This document shows, one piece after another, positions 1 through 8,034 of a stretch of DNA of 64,000 nucleotides. Positions within the stretch are counted from its first letter, which is position 1. Each line of letters begins with the position of its first letter. Both the position numbers and the translations under genes were made by a program. The DNA comes from an uncultured Myxococcales bacterium. Lineage in GTDB: Bacteria > Myxococcota_A > UBA9160 > SZUA-336. The stretch covers positions 44,077-108,076 of the forward strand of contig CAYVQJ010000084.1 of the NCBI GenBank assembly GCA_964454165.1, in the 5' to 3' direction. The notes under the pieces are model-generated. The model made no database searches. It had not been told where the DNA came from and saw only the letters and a program-made list of their open reading frames with translations.

Positions 1-27
1 TGACGCGGGCCTGTGAGGGGCCGGCGC

Positions 28-456
28 TCAGGCGAGGGGGTTACGCCAGCGCAGACCCGGGAAGCGAGAGAAGTCGCCGTCGTTCGAGTGGAGCTCTGCC
101 TGATGCTCGATCGCCAGCGCGGCGAGGTGGAGATCGCTGGCCAGGGTCCCGAGCGTCCCGACGGCCGCCGCCAGCCCGTCGAGCAAATCGAGGTGACGCG
201 AGCCCGGATTCACGATCTCCACGTGAGGCCGCTCCAGCCACGACCGCACGTGTCCGAGCGCTTTGGCCGGGGTGACGGGAGCGAGGAGAGCGCGCCTGCT
301 CGTCGCGATGCGCAGGTATCCCAGAATGGCGACCCAGGCGAGTCCGACGCGCTCGCTGCCCGATAGGCTCGACTCCCACCACTCCAGCGCTCGCTCGTGT
401 TGCGGCGCAGCGTCGTTGTAGGCGTAGACGAGCAGGTTCACGTCGGGAAGGATCAG
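28..456 (-). CDS. vapC: VapC toxin, PIN-domain ribonuclease (type II TA)
   Basis: C-terminal ~135 aa of the long minus ORF (ILPDVNLLVYAY...HERALEWW...SNDGDFSRFPGL) has the PIN-domain acidic-residue pattern. It lies immediately downstream of and overlaps the vapB stop. No canonical ATG/GTG/TTG near the expected start (nearest is CTG at 456), so the 5' end is uncertain. Confidence 0.65.
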   Translation of the reverse strand: MILPDVNLLVYAYNDAAPQHERALEWWESSLSGSERVGLAWVAILGYLRIATSRRALLAPVTPAKALGHVRSWLERPHVEIVNPGSRHLDLLDGLAAAVGTLGTLASDLHLAALAIEHQAELHSNDGDFSRFPGLRWRNPLA

Positions 457-749
457 CGCCGCCCTCGACTCCGCTCGACGCCGGACGTGAACTCTTCGAC
501 CTCGAGCTCGTCCGAGAGCTGGTTCAGCCGGCTCGGGTCGACGCCGGGCTGGAAGGGGCTGGAGAACGGCTCGACCTTGAAGCGCGTAGCTCGCCGCCCG
601 GGCTTCTCGCCCATGCGCAGGCCACGCCGCAGTGCCGCGTTCAGCACCTGTTTGAGGGAGCTCCCCGTTCGGCGCATCTCGGCGCGCAGCTCGCGGGCGA
701 CGTCCTCGTCGAGGGTCAGCGTCGTGCGCACGACGGCATCTTGATGCAC
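453..749 (-). CDS. vapB: VapB/CopG-like ribbon-helix-helix antitoxin
   Basis: 98 aa; N-terminus TLTLDEDVARELRAEMRRTGSSLKQVLNAALRRGL is the typical RHH antitoxin fold signature; directly upstream of the PIN-domain gene. Confidence 0.7.
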   Translation of the reverse strand: MHQDAVVRTTLTLDEDVARELRAEMRRTGSSLKQVLNAALRRGLRMGEKPGRRATRFKVEPFSSPFQPGVDPSRLNQLSDELEVEEFTSGVERSRGRR

Positions 750-824
750 TCTCGGCCTGACAGCAAGATGCAGGCCAGCCGCTGGCGCCTTTGCCGCTTG
801 GCCGCCCTGGTGGGCTGCGGAGAT

Positions 825-838
825 TCACTGGCCAGTGA
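825..838. promoter_or_regulatory. Perfect 14-bp palindrome TCACTGGCCAGTGA in the vapB/enoyl-CoA hydratase divergent intergenic region; candidate VapB operator
   Basis: Seen directly in the sequence, ~80 bp upstream of the vapB start codon. RHH antitoxins usually autoregulate via inverted repeats in their own promoter. Confidence 0.35.
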
Positions 839-930
839 GCGGCCGGGATGGGCCAGGAATGGTCAGTACCGCCTTCGCCCGTTCCGTCGGTGATATTCTC
901 GCCCCGAGCAGACCGAAGGAAGGGGCGCGC

Positions 931-1737
931 ATGGAATTCGAGACGATCGTCGTCAAGACCGAGGGGCCGCTCGGGCACCTGATCCTGAACCGTCCCGACC
1001 GGCTGAACGCGATCGGCGCGACCATGCTGCGCGAGATCGCGCGTGCCGCGCGCTGGTTCGACGAGCAGGCGGACGTGCGCGTGGTGATCGTGCGCGGCGA
1101 GGGCCGCGCGTTCTCGGCCGGCGCTGACCTGCGCGACACGCCGGTCGGCGCTGCGAACCCCGCGTCGAACGCGCCGTGGCACGTGCGGCGCGAGGTCGGT
1201 CAGCTCGGCCTGCGCATGGCCGACGCGCTCGAGTCCATGCGCGCGATCACGATCGCGCAGGTGCAGGGCTACGCGATCGGCGGCGGCCTGGTCCTGATGA
1301 TCGCCTGCGACCTGCGCGTCGCGGCCGAGGACGCCGTGTTCTCGATCCCCGAGATCGACATCGGCATCCCGCTGGCGTGGGGCGGCATCCCGCGCCTGGT
1401 CCGCGAGATCGGCCCCGCCATGACCAAGGAGCTGGTGATGACCTGCCGCCGCTTCACCCCCGCCGAGGCGCACGCGCTCGGCGTGGTGAACCGCGTCGTC
1501 CCCGCCGCGCGCCTCGACGCCGAGGTGCGCGCGCTCGCCGACACGCTCCTCGCCAAGCCGAGCGTCCCCGTGATCATCACCAAGGAGCACACGAACGCCG
1601 TCACCCGCGCGATGGGCGCCGGCTTCACCGCCTTCGCCGACGGCGACGCGCTCCTCGCCAACGCCTTCGACCCCGCCAGCCGCGAGGCCGCGCGCGCCTA
1701 CCAGGAGAAGACCTTCGGCAAGCGCAGCCGGACCTGA
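931..1737 (+). CDS. enoyl-CoA hydratase/isomerase (crotonase family)
   Basis: Crotonase fold motifs (RPDRLNA, GRAFSAGADL, AQVQGYAIGGGL); RBS GAAGGAAGGGG before ATG 931. Confidence 0.85.
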   Translation: MEFETIVVKTEGPLGHLILNRPDRLNAIGATMLREIARAARWFDEQADVRVVIVRGEGRAFSAGADLRDTPVGAANPASNAPWHVRREVGQLGLRMADALESMRAITIAQVQGYAIGGGLVLMIACDLRVAAEDAVFSIPEIDIGIPLAWGGIPRLVREIGPAMTKELVMTCRRFTPAEAHALGVVNRVVPAARLDAEVRALADTLLAKPSVPVIITKEHTNAVTRAMGAGFTAFADGDALLANAFDPASREAARAYQEKTFGKRSRT

Positions 1738-1741
1738 TCGC

Positions 1742-1993
1742 ATGCGCTCCCGCGACACCTCGCCCGAGGCCCACCGCGTCCAGCTCGAGATCCTGCGCCG
1801 AAGCAGCCTGTCCGAACGGCTGCTCTGCGCTCTGCAGGCGGCGGACGAAGGACGCGAGCTGGTCGCCTGCGGCATCCGCATGCGCCATCCCGACTACGAC
1901 GAGCGAGACGTGCAGCGAGCGCTCCGGCGCCTCTGGCTGGGTGACGAGCTCTTCCGCGCCGCGTACGCCGGGGAGCCGCTGCTCGATCCGTGA
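1742..1993 (+). CDS. hypothetical small protein, GTGA-coupled to the downstream nucleotidyltransferase gene
   Basis: 83-aa ORF starting 5 nt after the enoyl-CoA hydratase stop; its stop overlaps the next start (GTGA). No recognisable motif. Could be the partner of the downstream minimal nucleotidyltransferase. Confidence 0.3.
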   Translation: MRSRDTSPEAHRVQLEILRRSSLSERLLCALQAADEGRELVACGIRMRHPDYDERDVQRALRRLWLGDELFRAAYAGEPLLDP

Positions 1994-2384
1994 GCCACGC
2001 GGACTTGCTGCGCCGCGTGGTGGGCTTTCTCGATGCTGCCGGCGTTCCCTGTATGCTCACTGGCTCGACGGCGAGCAGCGCGAACGGGATGGACCGGGCG
2101 ACACGCGACATCGATCTGGTGATCGAAGGCGATGCGCCTGCGCCGTCAGTTCAACGTGATCGATCTTGCGACCGGCCCGAAGGTCGACGCCGGAGGACGT
2201 GATCCTCTCGAAGCTCGAATGGGCAGCCGCGGGCGGGTCCGAGCGCCAGCTCGAAGACGTGGCAGGGATCCTTTCTGTCCGCGGGTCGCGTCTCGACCGC
2301 GTCTACATCGAACGCTGGGCCCGCGAGCTCGGCCTCGTGGCGCTATGGGAGCAGGCTCGTTCAATGGTGGAGGACGAAGGCTGA
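1990..2384 (+). pseudogene. minimal nucleotidyltransferase (MNT) domain gene split across two frames (frameshift near 2150-2200)
   Basis: ORF 1990-2202 carries the GS...DxD nucleotidyltransferase motif (LTGSTASSANGMDRATRDIDLVIEG). The plausible continuation (EDVILSKLEWAAAGGSERQLEDVAGIL...RVYIERWARELGL) lies in a different frame at 2166-2384. Either a genuine frameshift pseudogene or a sequencing indel. Confidence 0.45.
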
Positions 2385-2422
2385 GCCGCCGAGTACGGGG
2401 CCACGACGCGCGAGAGCTCGTG

Positions 2423-3514
2423 TCAGTGCCCTCCCAGCGCCGAGTGGAGGGCGAGTAGGATCCGTTCGGGCTGAGCGAGTTCGAAGGAACTCCCGCCTGC
2501 CCAGAGCGGGGCATCTAGAGCGAGGTGCTTGTAGAGGCTCGCGGCCACCGCGATCGTCCGCTTCGGCGCGAACTCCAGGCGATGTCGCAGCGCGATGTCC
2601 GCGAGTCGCGCGCTCTGGCTCGGCAAGCGGCCTGCCCAACGGTGAACGAACTTCTCGGCCGGAAGGTGGTTGCTCTTCGCGGTGTTCTGGCGTGCGTGCG
2701 CGAGCACCAGGTTCTCGAGTGTCGAGAGCGCGTGCCGCGACCAGGGAATGAAGTGATCCACGTGGGCGTCCGACATCCGGAGGGTCGCGCCGGAGTAGAA
2801 GCACTGGCCCTTTTGCAGGCTGAGTAGGTCGCGTCGAAGCTCCAGCGACGCGACCTCTCGGGGTGCGCCGAACAGGTGAGCGAGGAGCCGGTCCTGCTCG
2901 CGGTCGAGCCCGTTCAGCGCGGCCACCTTGCGCCCGAACTCGAACTCGATCAGCGGTCGCAGCGCCGGCGAGAATTGGAGCAGGTCGTCGGCGGCGCCGG
3001 GCAAGAGCTCGAGCGTGCACTTCGTCCCCGACGAAGTCCGGGCTGGCCGCGGCTCGTACAGGAAGCTCGCCTTCTGACGACCCAACGTCTGGAGCCGCGG
3101 GATGGGGTTCTTGACCAGGGCCGCCTCGACGCGTTCGACCGCCCGCTCGTACTCAGGCCCGCATGCTGCGATTGCCTGCTCGATCCGCGTGGTCTCGTCC
3201 GCTCCGCTGGCCTTGCGCAGGTCGGCGACTGCTCGAAGGTATACGTGCGGCCCCTTGGCACTCGCGTTGACCTGCGCGAGCGTGATCGCCGAGCCGTCCG
3301 CGCGGACGAACGGCAGCGCGTGCCGCCAGTGCAAGCCGATCACCCGCCGAGCGAGATCGACACTCCGAAGGTGCGGAGGAGGGACGCCGTCCGCGCTGGC
3401 CCCCTCGACGCAGCTGTCGAGGATCGCGAGTAGGAGGGCGAGCTTGTGAGTCCCGTGCTTCGGCCCCTCCGTGACGATCGCAAGGATACGCTCGAGCAAG
3501 GCGCCGGCCATCAA
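2423..3514 (-). CDS. HNH (His-Me finger) endonuclease domain protein with uncharacterised N-terminal domain
   Basis: C-terminal CFYSG...HVDHFIPWSRHALSTLENLVLAHARQNTAKSNHLP matches the HNH_4/Cas9-type HNH motif (D/H-x-D-H-I-P-x-S ... N-x-V-L ... N-x-x-K). 363 aa; co-directional downstream of the LLM/NTF2 pair. Confidence 0.7.
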   Translation of the reverse strand: MMAGALLERILAIVTEGPKHGTHKLALLLAILDSCVEGASADGVPPPHLRSVDLARRVIGLHWRHALPFVRADGSAITLAQVNASAKGPHVYLRAVADLRKASGADETTRIEQAIAACGPEYERAVERVEAALVKNPIPRLQTLGRQKASFLYEPRPARTSSGTKCTLELLPGAADDLLQFSPALRPLIEFEFGRKVAALNGLDREQDRLLAHLFGAPREVASLELRRDLLSLQKGQCFYSGATLRMSDAHVDHFIPWSRHALSTLENLVLAHARQNTAKSNHLPAEKFVHRWAGRLPSQSARLADIALRHRLEFAPKRTIAVAASLYKHLALDAPLWAGGSSFELAQPERILLALHSALGGH

Positions 3515-3538
3515 ATCCTCGCAGGCGAGCCTCTCTGC

Positions 3539-3970
3539 CTACCTTCCCCCCATCTGCCCCGGGACGTGGTTGGAGCAGTGGAAGTGGACCATGCGCCAGT
3601 CGTCGCTGGCGCCCGGCTGGCGCTGCCAGACCTCGGTGCAGCGGGCGTCCTGGGAGACGCGCCCCAGCGGGCCGAAGTCGGCCTCGAAGTGCAGCAGGTA
3701 GGCGACCCATGCGGCGTCGCCGGAGACGCTGACGCGCTCGTCGCGCGCGATGCTCTTCGCGGGCTTGCTGCCCGGAGACACGCTGCGCAGCATGTCCCAG
3801 AGCTCGCAGATGTGATCGACGCCGTAGTAGTTCGACTGGTTCAGGTTCCACCAGGTGAGCGCGTCCTTGCCGGGCGCCATGTGCGCGCGCAGGAACGCGG
3901 TCTCGCCCGTGCAGTTGGCGGCGATGAAGCCGTCGTGCAGCTCGCGGATGCGCTTCTCGTCGGGGGTCAT
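3539..3970 (-). CDS. NTF2-like / SnoaL-like domain protein
   Basis: 144-aa product from MTPDEKRIRELHDGFIAANCTGE... (ATG at 3970 overlapping the upstream stop as ATGA). Composition and pattern are typical of the NTF2-like superfamily. The longer track ORF is upstream run-on. Confidence 0.6.
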   Translation of the reverse strand: MTPDEKRIRELHDGFIAANCTGETAFLRAHMAPGKDALTWWNLNQSNYYGVDHICELWDMLRSVSPGSKPAKSIARDERVSVSGDAAWVAYLLHFEADFGPLGRVSQDARCTEVWQRQPGASDDWRMVHFHCSNHVPGQMGGR

Positions 3971-4953
3971 CGTTGTCCTCCTGCAGCGGGGCGGGCGTCG
4001 GCGAGCGCGCGCACGAGCGCCGGGTGCTCGTCGGGCGCGGCGAAGAGCGCGACGGAGAGCTCGTCGATGCCGGTGGCGGCGTAGGCGGCGAGCGCGTCGC
4101 CGAGGCCGTCGGGCGTGGAGACGAGCGCGATCGCGTCGATCACCTCGGGCGTGAAGACGCGCAGCGCGGCGAACAGGCCGCCGCTCTGCGCGGAGTTGAC
4201 CAGCGCGCCGGGTGCGATCGCGCCGCGCGCCAGGTACTCGGCCATGCCGGGCTCGGCCATCGCAAACAGAGGGAGCACCGACTTGCGCGCGGAGTCGAGA
4301 TCCTTCGCGATCACACCAAGTGCTAACGCGGTGATGCGGAAGTCGCCGCGCGCGCGGCCGGCAGCGGCGAGCTCGCGCTCGATCTCGCGCACGCTGTCTG
4401 CGAGGTACGCGCGCGACGCGCCGACCGAGAGCGAGACGCCGTCGGCGACGCGCGCCGCGGTGCCGAGCATGCGCGGGCGGATCGCCATCAGGTCGAGCGG
4501 CGGCGCGCCGGTCGCGTGCGCGAGCTTGAAGCCGCGAAAGGCGTAGCGCTCGTACGACACGTTCATCTCGGTCCCGGCGAGCGCGGCGCGGAGCGCGCGC
4601 ACGAAGCTCTCGCACGCGCGGGCGGGACCCTCGATCGCCTGCCCGAGCTTCGCGACGAGCCCCGGATCGCCGGTTCCCACGGCCGCGCGCACGCGCCCCG
4701 GGAAGCACTCGCAGAGCGACGCGAGCTCCATCGCGGTCGTGGCGGGGTGTCGCGTTGCTGTCGACAGGCCCACCACGCCGACCTCGAGCCGTTCGCTCTC
4801 CCGCAGGTACAGCGTCGCGGGGACGATCGCGTCGTGGAACCCCACGTGCTCCGCAACCCAGACGCCGTCGAGCCCCGCGCGATCCGCCTCCCGCAGCGCC
4901 GGCAGCGTGCTCGCGATCGGCGCCATCCCCGTAAAGGCCAGCGAGATCCTCAT
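3967..4953 (-). CDS. LLM-class (luciferase-like) flavin-dependent oxidoreductase
   Basis: 328 aa; TIM-barrel luciferase-like monooxygenase pattern (GLDGVWVAEHVGFHD..., F420/FMN-dependent family). Confidence 0.85.
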   Translation of the reverse strand: MRISLAFTGMAPIASTLPALREADRAGLDGVWVAEHVGFHDAIVPATLYLRESERLEVGVVGLSTATRHPATTAMELASLCECFPGRVRAAVGTGDPGLVAKLGQAIEGPARACESFVRALRAALAGTEMNVSYERYAFRGFKLAHATGAPPLDLMAIRPRMLGTAARVADGVSLSVGASRAYLADSVREIERELAAAGRARGDFRITALALGVIAKDLDSARKSVLPLFAMAEPGMAEYLARGAIAPGALVNSAQSGGLFAALRVFTPEVIDAIALVSTPDGLGDALAAYAATGIDELSVALFAAPDEHPALVRALADARPAAGGQR

Positions 4954-4977
4954 CGAGCCATTCTATGCTGGCAACGC

Positions 4978-5100
4978 CTAGTTCCGGTGGTCGAGCCAGG
5001 CGAGGATCTCGGCCGAGAAGCGCTCGAAGCGGTCCGGAGCGCGCAGCAGCACCTCGTGCACGCGGAGTCGCGCCTCGATCGATGCTCGGCGGATCGTCAC
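4978..5100 (-). other. 40-codon ORF downstream of the MNT gene; possible truncated HEPN (HepT-like) remnant
   Basis: GTG overlapping the MNT stop (GTGA). Encodes VTIRRASIEARLRVHEVLLRAPDRFERFSAEILAWLDHRN with a degenerate R-x3-H-E-V resembling the HepT Rx4HxY motif. Only 25 nt remain before the next gene. Confidence 0.2.
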
Positions 5101-5507
5101 AGCGGCCGTCCGAGCAGGTAGTGGTTCTGCACGCGGCGCAGGTGGTTGGTGTCGAGGTAGACCTGGAGCAGGCGTTCCTCCTGGACGTCGGCGGCCTCCG
5201 CGTCGCGGGCGAAGACGCGCCGGCCGCCGTCGATCACCTCGAAGGCGAGCACGGGCGTCTGGTCGCTGACGAGCGAGAGATCGATGGGTAGTTCCGTCGC
5301 TCGGGCGAGGGCCAGGCGAAGTCTCTCGCGGTCGGCGAAGGTCAGCTCCGCGCCCGGCGCGAGGATCAGCGCCACGTCGAGGTTGCTCTTCGGACGCTGC
5401 TCGCCACGCGCGCGCGAGCCGAAGAGGTACGCGGCGAGCACCGCGGACTCGTCACGCACGGCGGCCGCGATCGCGGCATCGGCGCGCGGATCGGCCGGGC
5501 TCTCCAT
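5097..5507 (-). CDS. minimal nucleotidyltransferase (MNT/MntA-like antitoxin-type)
   Basis: 137 aa from MESPADPR...; GS-x-ARG...SNLDVALI motif (FGSRARGEQRPKSNLDVAL). Remaining 5' part of the track ORF is run-on. Confidence 0.75.
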   Translation of the reverse strand: MESPADPRADAAIAAAVRDESAVLAAYLFGSRARGEQRPKSNLDVALILAPGAELTFADRERLRLALARATELPIDLSLVSDQTPVLAFEVIDGGRRVFARDAEAADVQEERLLQVYLDTNHLRRVQNHYLLGRPL

Positions 5508-5557
5508 CGGCTCCAATCTAGCGCCCGTCTCGCGGCGGAGGACGCGCCGGTGAGTCG

Positions 5558-6397
5558 CTACTTGCCGATGCGCGCGAAGTGGGGCGGGCGGCGCTCGAGG
5601 AAGCTCGCCACGCCTTCCTTGAAGTCGGGGCGCCGGCCGCTCTCTGCCATCAGCCGGTTCGCGTCGCGCATCGCCTCGCCGAGCGGGAGCATCAGGTGAC
5701 GGTAGACCTGCTGCTTCATCACCATGAGCGACGTCGGCGAGGTAGTCGCTGCGAGCTCCTCGATGTAGGCGCGCGTCTCGGCGAGCAGCTTCTCGGCGGG
5801 GAACACGCGGTTCGCGAGTCCGATGCGCTCGGCCTCGACGGCGTCCATGCGGCGCGGGCTCCAGAGCAGGTCGAGCGCGCGCGACGGGCCGAGCAGGCGC
5901 GGCAGGATCCAGCTCGCGCCGTGCTCCGCGATCAGGCCGCGCTGTCCGAAGGCGATGGTGAAGCGCGCCTGGTCGCTCGCGAAGCGCAGGTCGCAGAGTG
6001 CCGCGATCGCGAGGCCGAGTCCGGCGACCGGTCCGTTCACGGCGGCGACGAGCGGCTTCCGGATCGAGAGCAGGTAGCCGAACGTCACCTGGAAATCGGG
6101 GCCCAGCGAGGGATCGCCGGGACTGGCTTCCAGCGCAGGATCGCCCTCGAAGCCGCGGCCTCCCGCCTCGCCGGCTGCGGCCTGGGCGGAGAGGCCGCGC
6201 ATGTCGGCGCCCGCGGAGAAGCCGCGCCCCGCGCCGGTGAGAATGATTCCGACGACGCGAGCGTCGCCTTCCGCCGCCGCGAGCGCGTGGCGCAGCTCCG
6301 AGAGCATGCGCCCGGTGAGCGCGTTCAGCTTCTCGGGGCGGTTCAGCGTGATCGTCGCGACCGGCTCGGCGACCTCGTAGAGGATCTCCTGGTACAT
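5558..6397 (-). CDS. enoyl-CoA hydratase/isomerase family protein
   Basis: 279 aa; NRPEKLNAL, GRGFSAGADM, AAVNGPVAGLGL crotonase motifs. Confidence 0.85.
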   Translation of the reverse strand: MYQEILYEVAEPVATITLNRPEKLNALTGRMLSELRHALAAAEGDARVVGIILTGAGRGFSAGADMRGLSAQAAAGEAGGRGFEGDPALEASPGDPSLGPDFQVTFGYLLSIRKPLVAAVNGPVAGLGLAIAALCDLRFASDQARFTIAFGQRGLIAEHGASWILPRLLGPSRALDLLWSPRRMDAVEAERIGLANRVFPAEKLLAETRAYIEELAATTSPTSLMVMKQQVYRHLMLPLGEAMRDANRLMAESGRRPDFKEGVASFLERRPPHFARIGK

Positions 6398-6492
6398 GCG
6401 CGTCTCCTCGTCGTCGCCACAGCCTACGCCGTGCGCGCTGGTTTGGGGAACGCGTCCATTTGCGCGCGGAGTCGGGTAGCGTTGGAGAAAGG

Positions 6493-8031
6493 ATGAGCGA
6501 CCGCGACGCCGAAGCGATCCGCACCTACCACGCCGCCACCTGCCACGACGAGGCGCGCCTGCGCGCGGGTCCCCAGGGGCTCGACTGGGAGAACCAGCCG
6601 ATTCCCTGGAAGCTCTACCGCGGGCTCGAGGCGCTCGCGCTGCCGCATGCGCTCGATCCGGGCAGCGTCCCGGCGCTGCGTGCGCTCGCGCCTCTGGAGT
6701 CCTCCGCGTGTGCGAGCGCGACTCCCGACCTCGCGACCCTGGCGCGTCTGCTCCTTTTCTCGGCGGGCGTCACCAAGCGCAAGCGCGTCCCGGGCGGCGA
6801 GAGGCAGATGCGCGCGTATCCGAACACCGGCGCGCTCTACCACGTGGACCTCTACCTGGTGTGCGGCGCGCTTCCCGGGCTCGATGCGGGCGTCTATCAC
6901 TTCGGCCCACACGACTTCGCGCTGCGGCGGCTGCGTGCGGGCGACTGGCGCGGGGCGTGCGTGGCGGCGAGCGGCGGCGAGCCGCACCTGGCACGGGCTC
7001 CGGCGCTGCTCGTTTCGGGCGCGACGTGGTGGCGCAATGCCTGGAAGTACCGCGCGCGCGCCTATCGCCACGCGTTCTGGGACGCGGGCACGCTGCACGC
7101 GAACCTGCTAGCGCTCGGAGCCGTGGCGAGCCTCGCGCCGCGGCTAGTGCTCGGCTTCGCCGATCGCGACGTCGAGGCGTTGCTCGCGCTCGACCCCGAA
7201 CGCGAGGGTGCGCTCACTATGGTTGCGATCGGCGCGGGCGACGAGGCTTCGCTCGCGCCGAGGCCGGCTCCGCTCGAGCTCGAGACGGAGCCGCTCTCGC
7301 GGCACGAGCTCGACCAGCCGGAGATCCGTGCCGCTCACGCCGCGACGTCGCTGCCGGACGCAGAGGCGGCCTCGCGCTGGCGGGCCGCGGCCGCCCCGCT
7401 CCGGGCGGATCCGCCGGCACGAGGGAAGCTCTTCCCGCTGCCATCCACCGCAGCCGATGCGGCCCCGTCCGAGCCGCTCGCGTCCGTGATCCTGCGGCGC
7501 GGCTCGACTCGCGAGTTCGACGCGCAGGCGTCGCTCTCGCTGGAAGAACTTGCGCGCGTGCTCGACGCGGCGGCGGCAGGCGCGCCCTCCGACTTCGCCG
7601 AGTGGGGCGCCTCGCTCCTCGATCTGTATCTGATCGCGCACGCCGTCGAGGGTCTGCCCCCAGGCGCGTACTACCTGCGGCGCGGCGAGCGCGCGCTCGA
7701 GCTCTTGCGCGAGGGGCACTTCCGGCGCGAGGCCGGCCGGCTCGCACTGGGGCAGCCGCTCGGTGCCGACGCCTGCGCCGACCTCTACTCGCTGTGCGAC
7801 CTCGAGTCCGTGCTCGTGCAGCTCGGCGCCCGCGGCTACCGTGCCGCGCAGCTCGAGGGCGGGATCGCGGGCGGGCGCGCGTACCTGGCGAGCTACGCGC
7901 AGGGCTTCGGCGCGACCGGGCTCACGTTCCTGGACGGCGAGGTCGTCGACTTCTTCTCGCCTCACGCCGCCGGCAAGGCGGTGATGTTCCTCGTCGCGCT
8001 GGGCCGCTCCGCCCGGCGCCGCCGGGACTGA
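6493..8031 (+). CDS. SagB/ThcOx-type dehydrogenase (tandem nitroreductase-like domains)
   Basis: YHAATCH...LDWENQPIPWKLY and KRKRVPGGERQMRAYPNTGALYHVDLYLV are hallmarks of SagB-type dehydrogenase domains; the second half is a second nitroreductase-like domain. RBS GGAGAAAGG before ATG 6493. Confidence 0.8.
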   Translation: MSDRDAEAIRTYHAATCHDEARLRAGPQGLDWENQPIPWKLYRGLEALALPHALDPGSVPALRALAPLESSACASATPDLATLARLLLFSAGVTKRKRVPGGERQMRAYPNTGALYHVDLYLVCGALPGLDAGVYHFGPHDFALRRLRAGDWRGACVAASGGEPHLARAPALLVSGATWWRNAWKYRARAYRHAFWDAGTLHANLLALGAVASLAPRLVLGFADRDVEALLALDPEREGALTMVAIGAGDEASLAPRPAPLELETEPLSRHELDQPEIRAAHAATSLPDAEAASRWRAAAAPLRADPPARGKLFPLPSTAADAAPSEPLASVILRRGSTREFDAQASLSLEELARVLDAAAAGAPSDFAEWGASLLDLYLIAHAVEGLPPGAYYLRRGERALELLREGHFRREAGRLALGQPLGADACADLYSLCDLESVLVQLGARGYRAAQLEGGIAGGRAYLASYAQGFGATGLTFLDGEVVDFFSPHAAGKAVMFLVALGRSARRRRD

Positions 8032-8034
8032 GGC

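Noticed and set aside
28-1881. 617-aa minus-strand ORF
   Set aside because: Only the 3' ~135 codons (PIN/VapC) are credible. The rest is Arg/Ala-rich run-on antisense to the enoyl-CoA hydratase gene, typical of high-GC DNA.
6493-8031. Calling the SagB-type dehydrogenase part of a thiazole/oxazole RiPP (TOMM) cluster
   Set aside because: No YcaO, E1-like or precursor peptide genes are visible within ±5 kb, so only flagged as an orphan.
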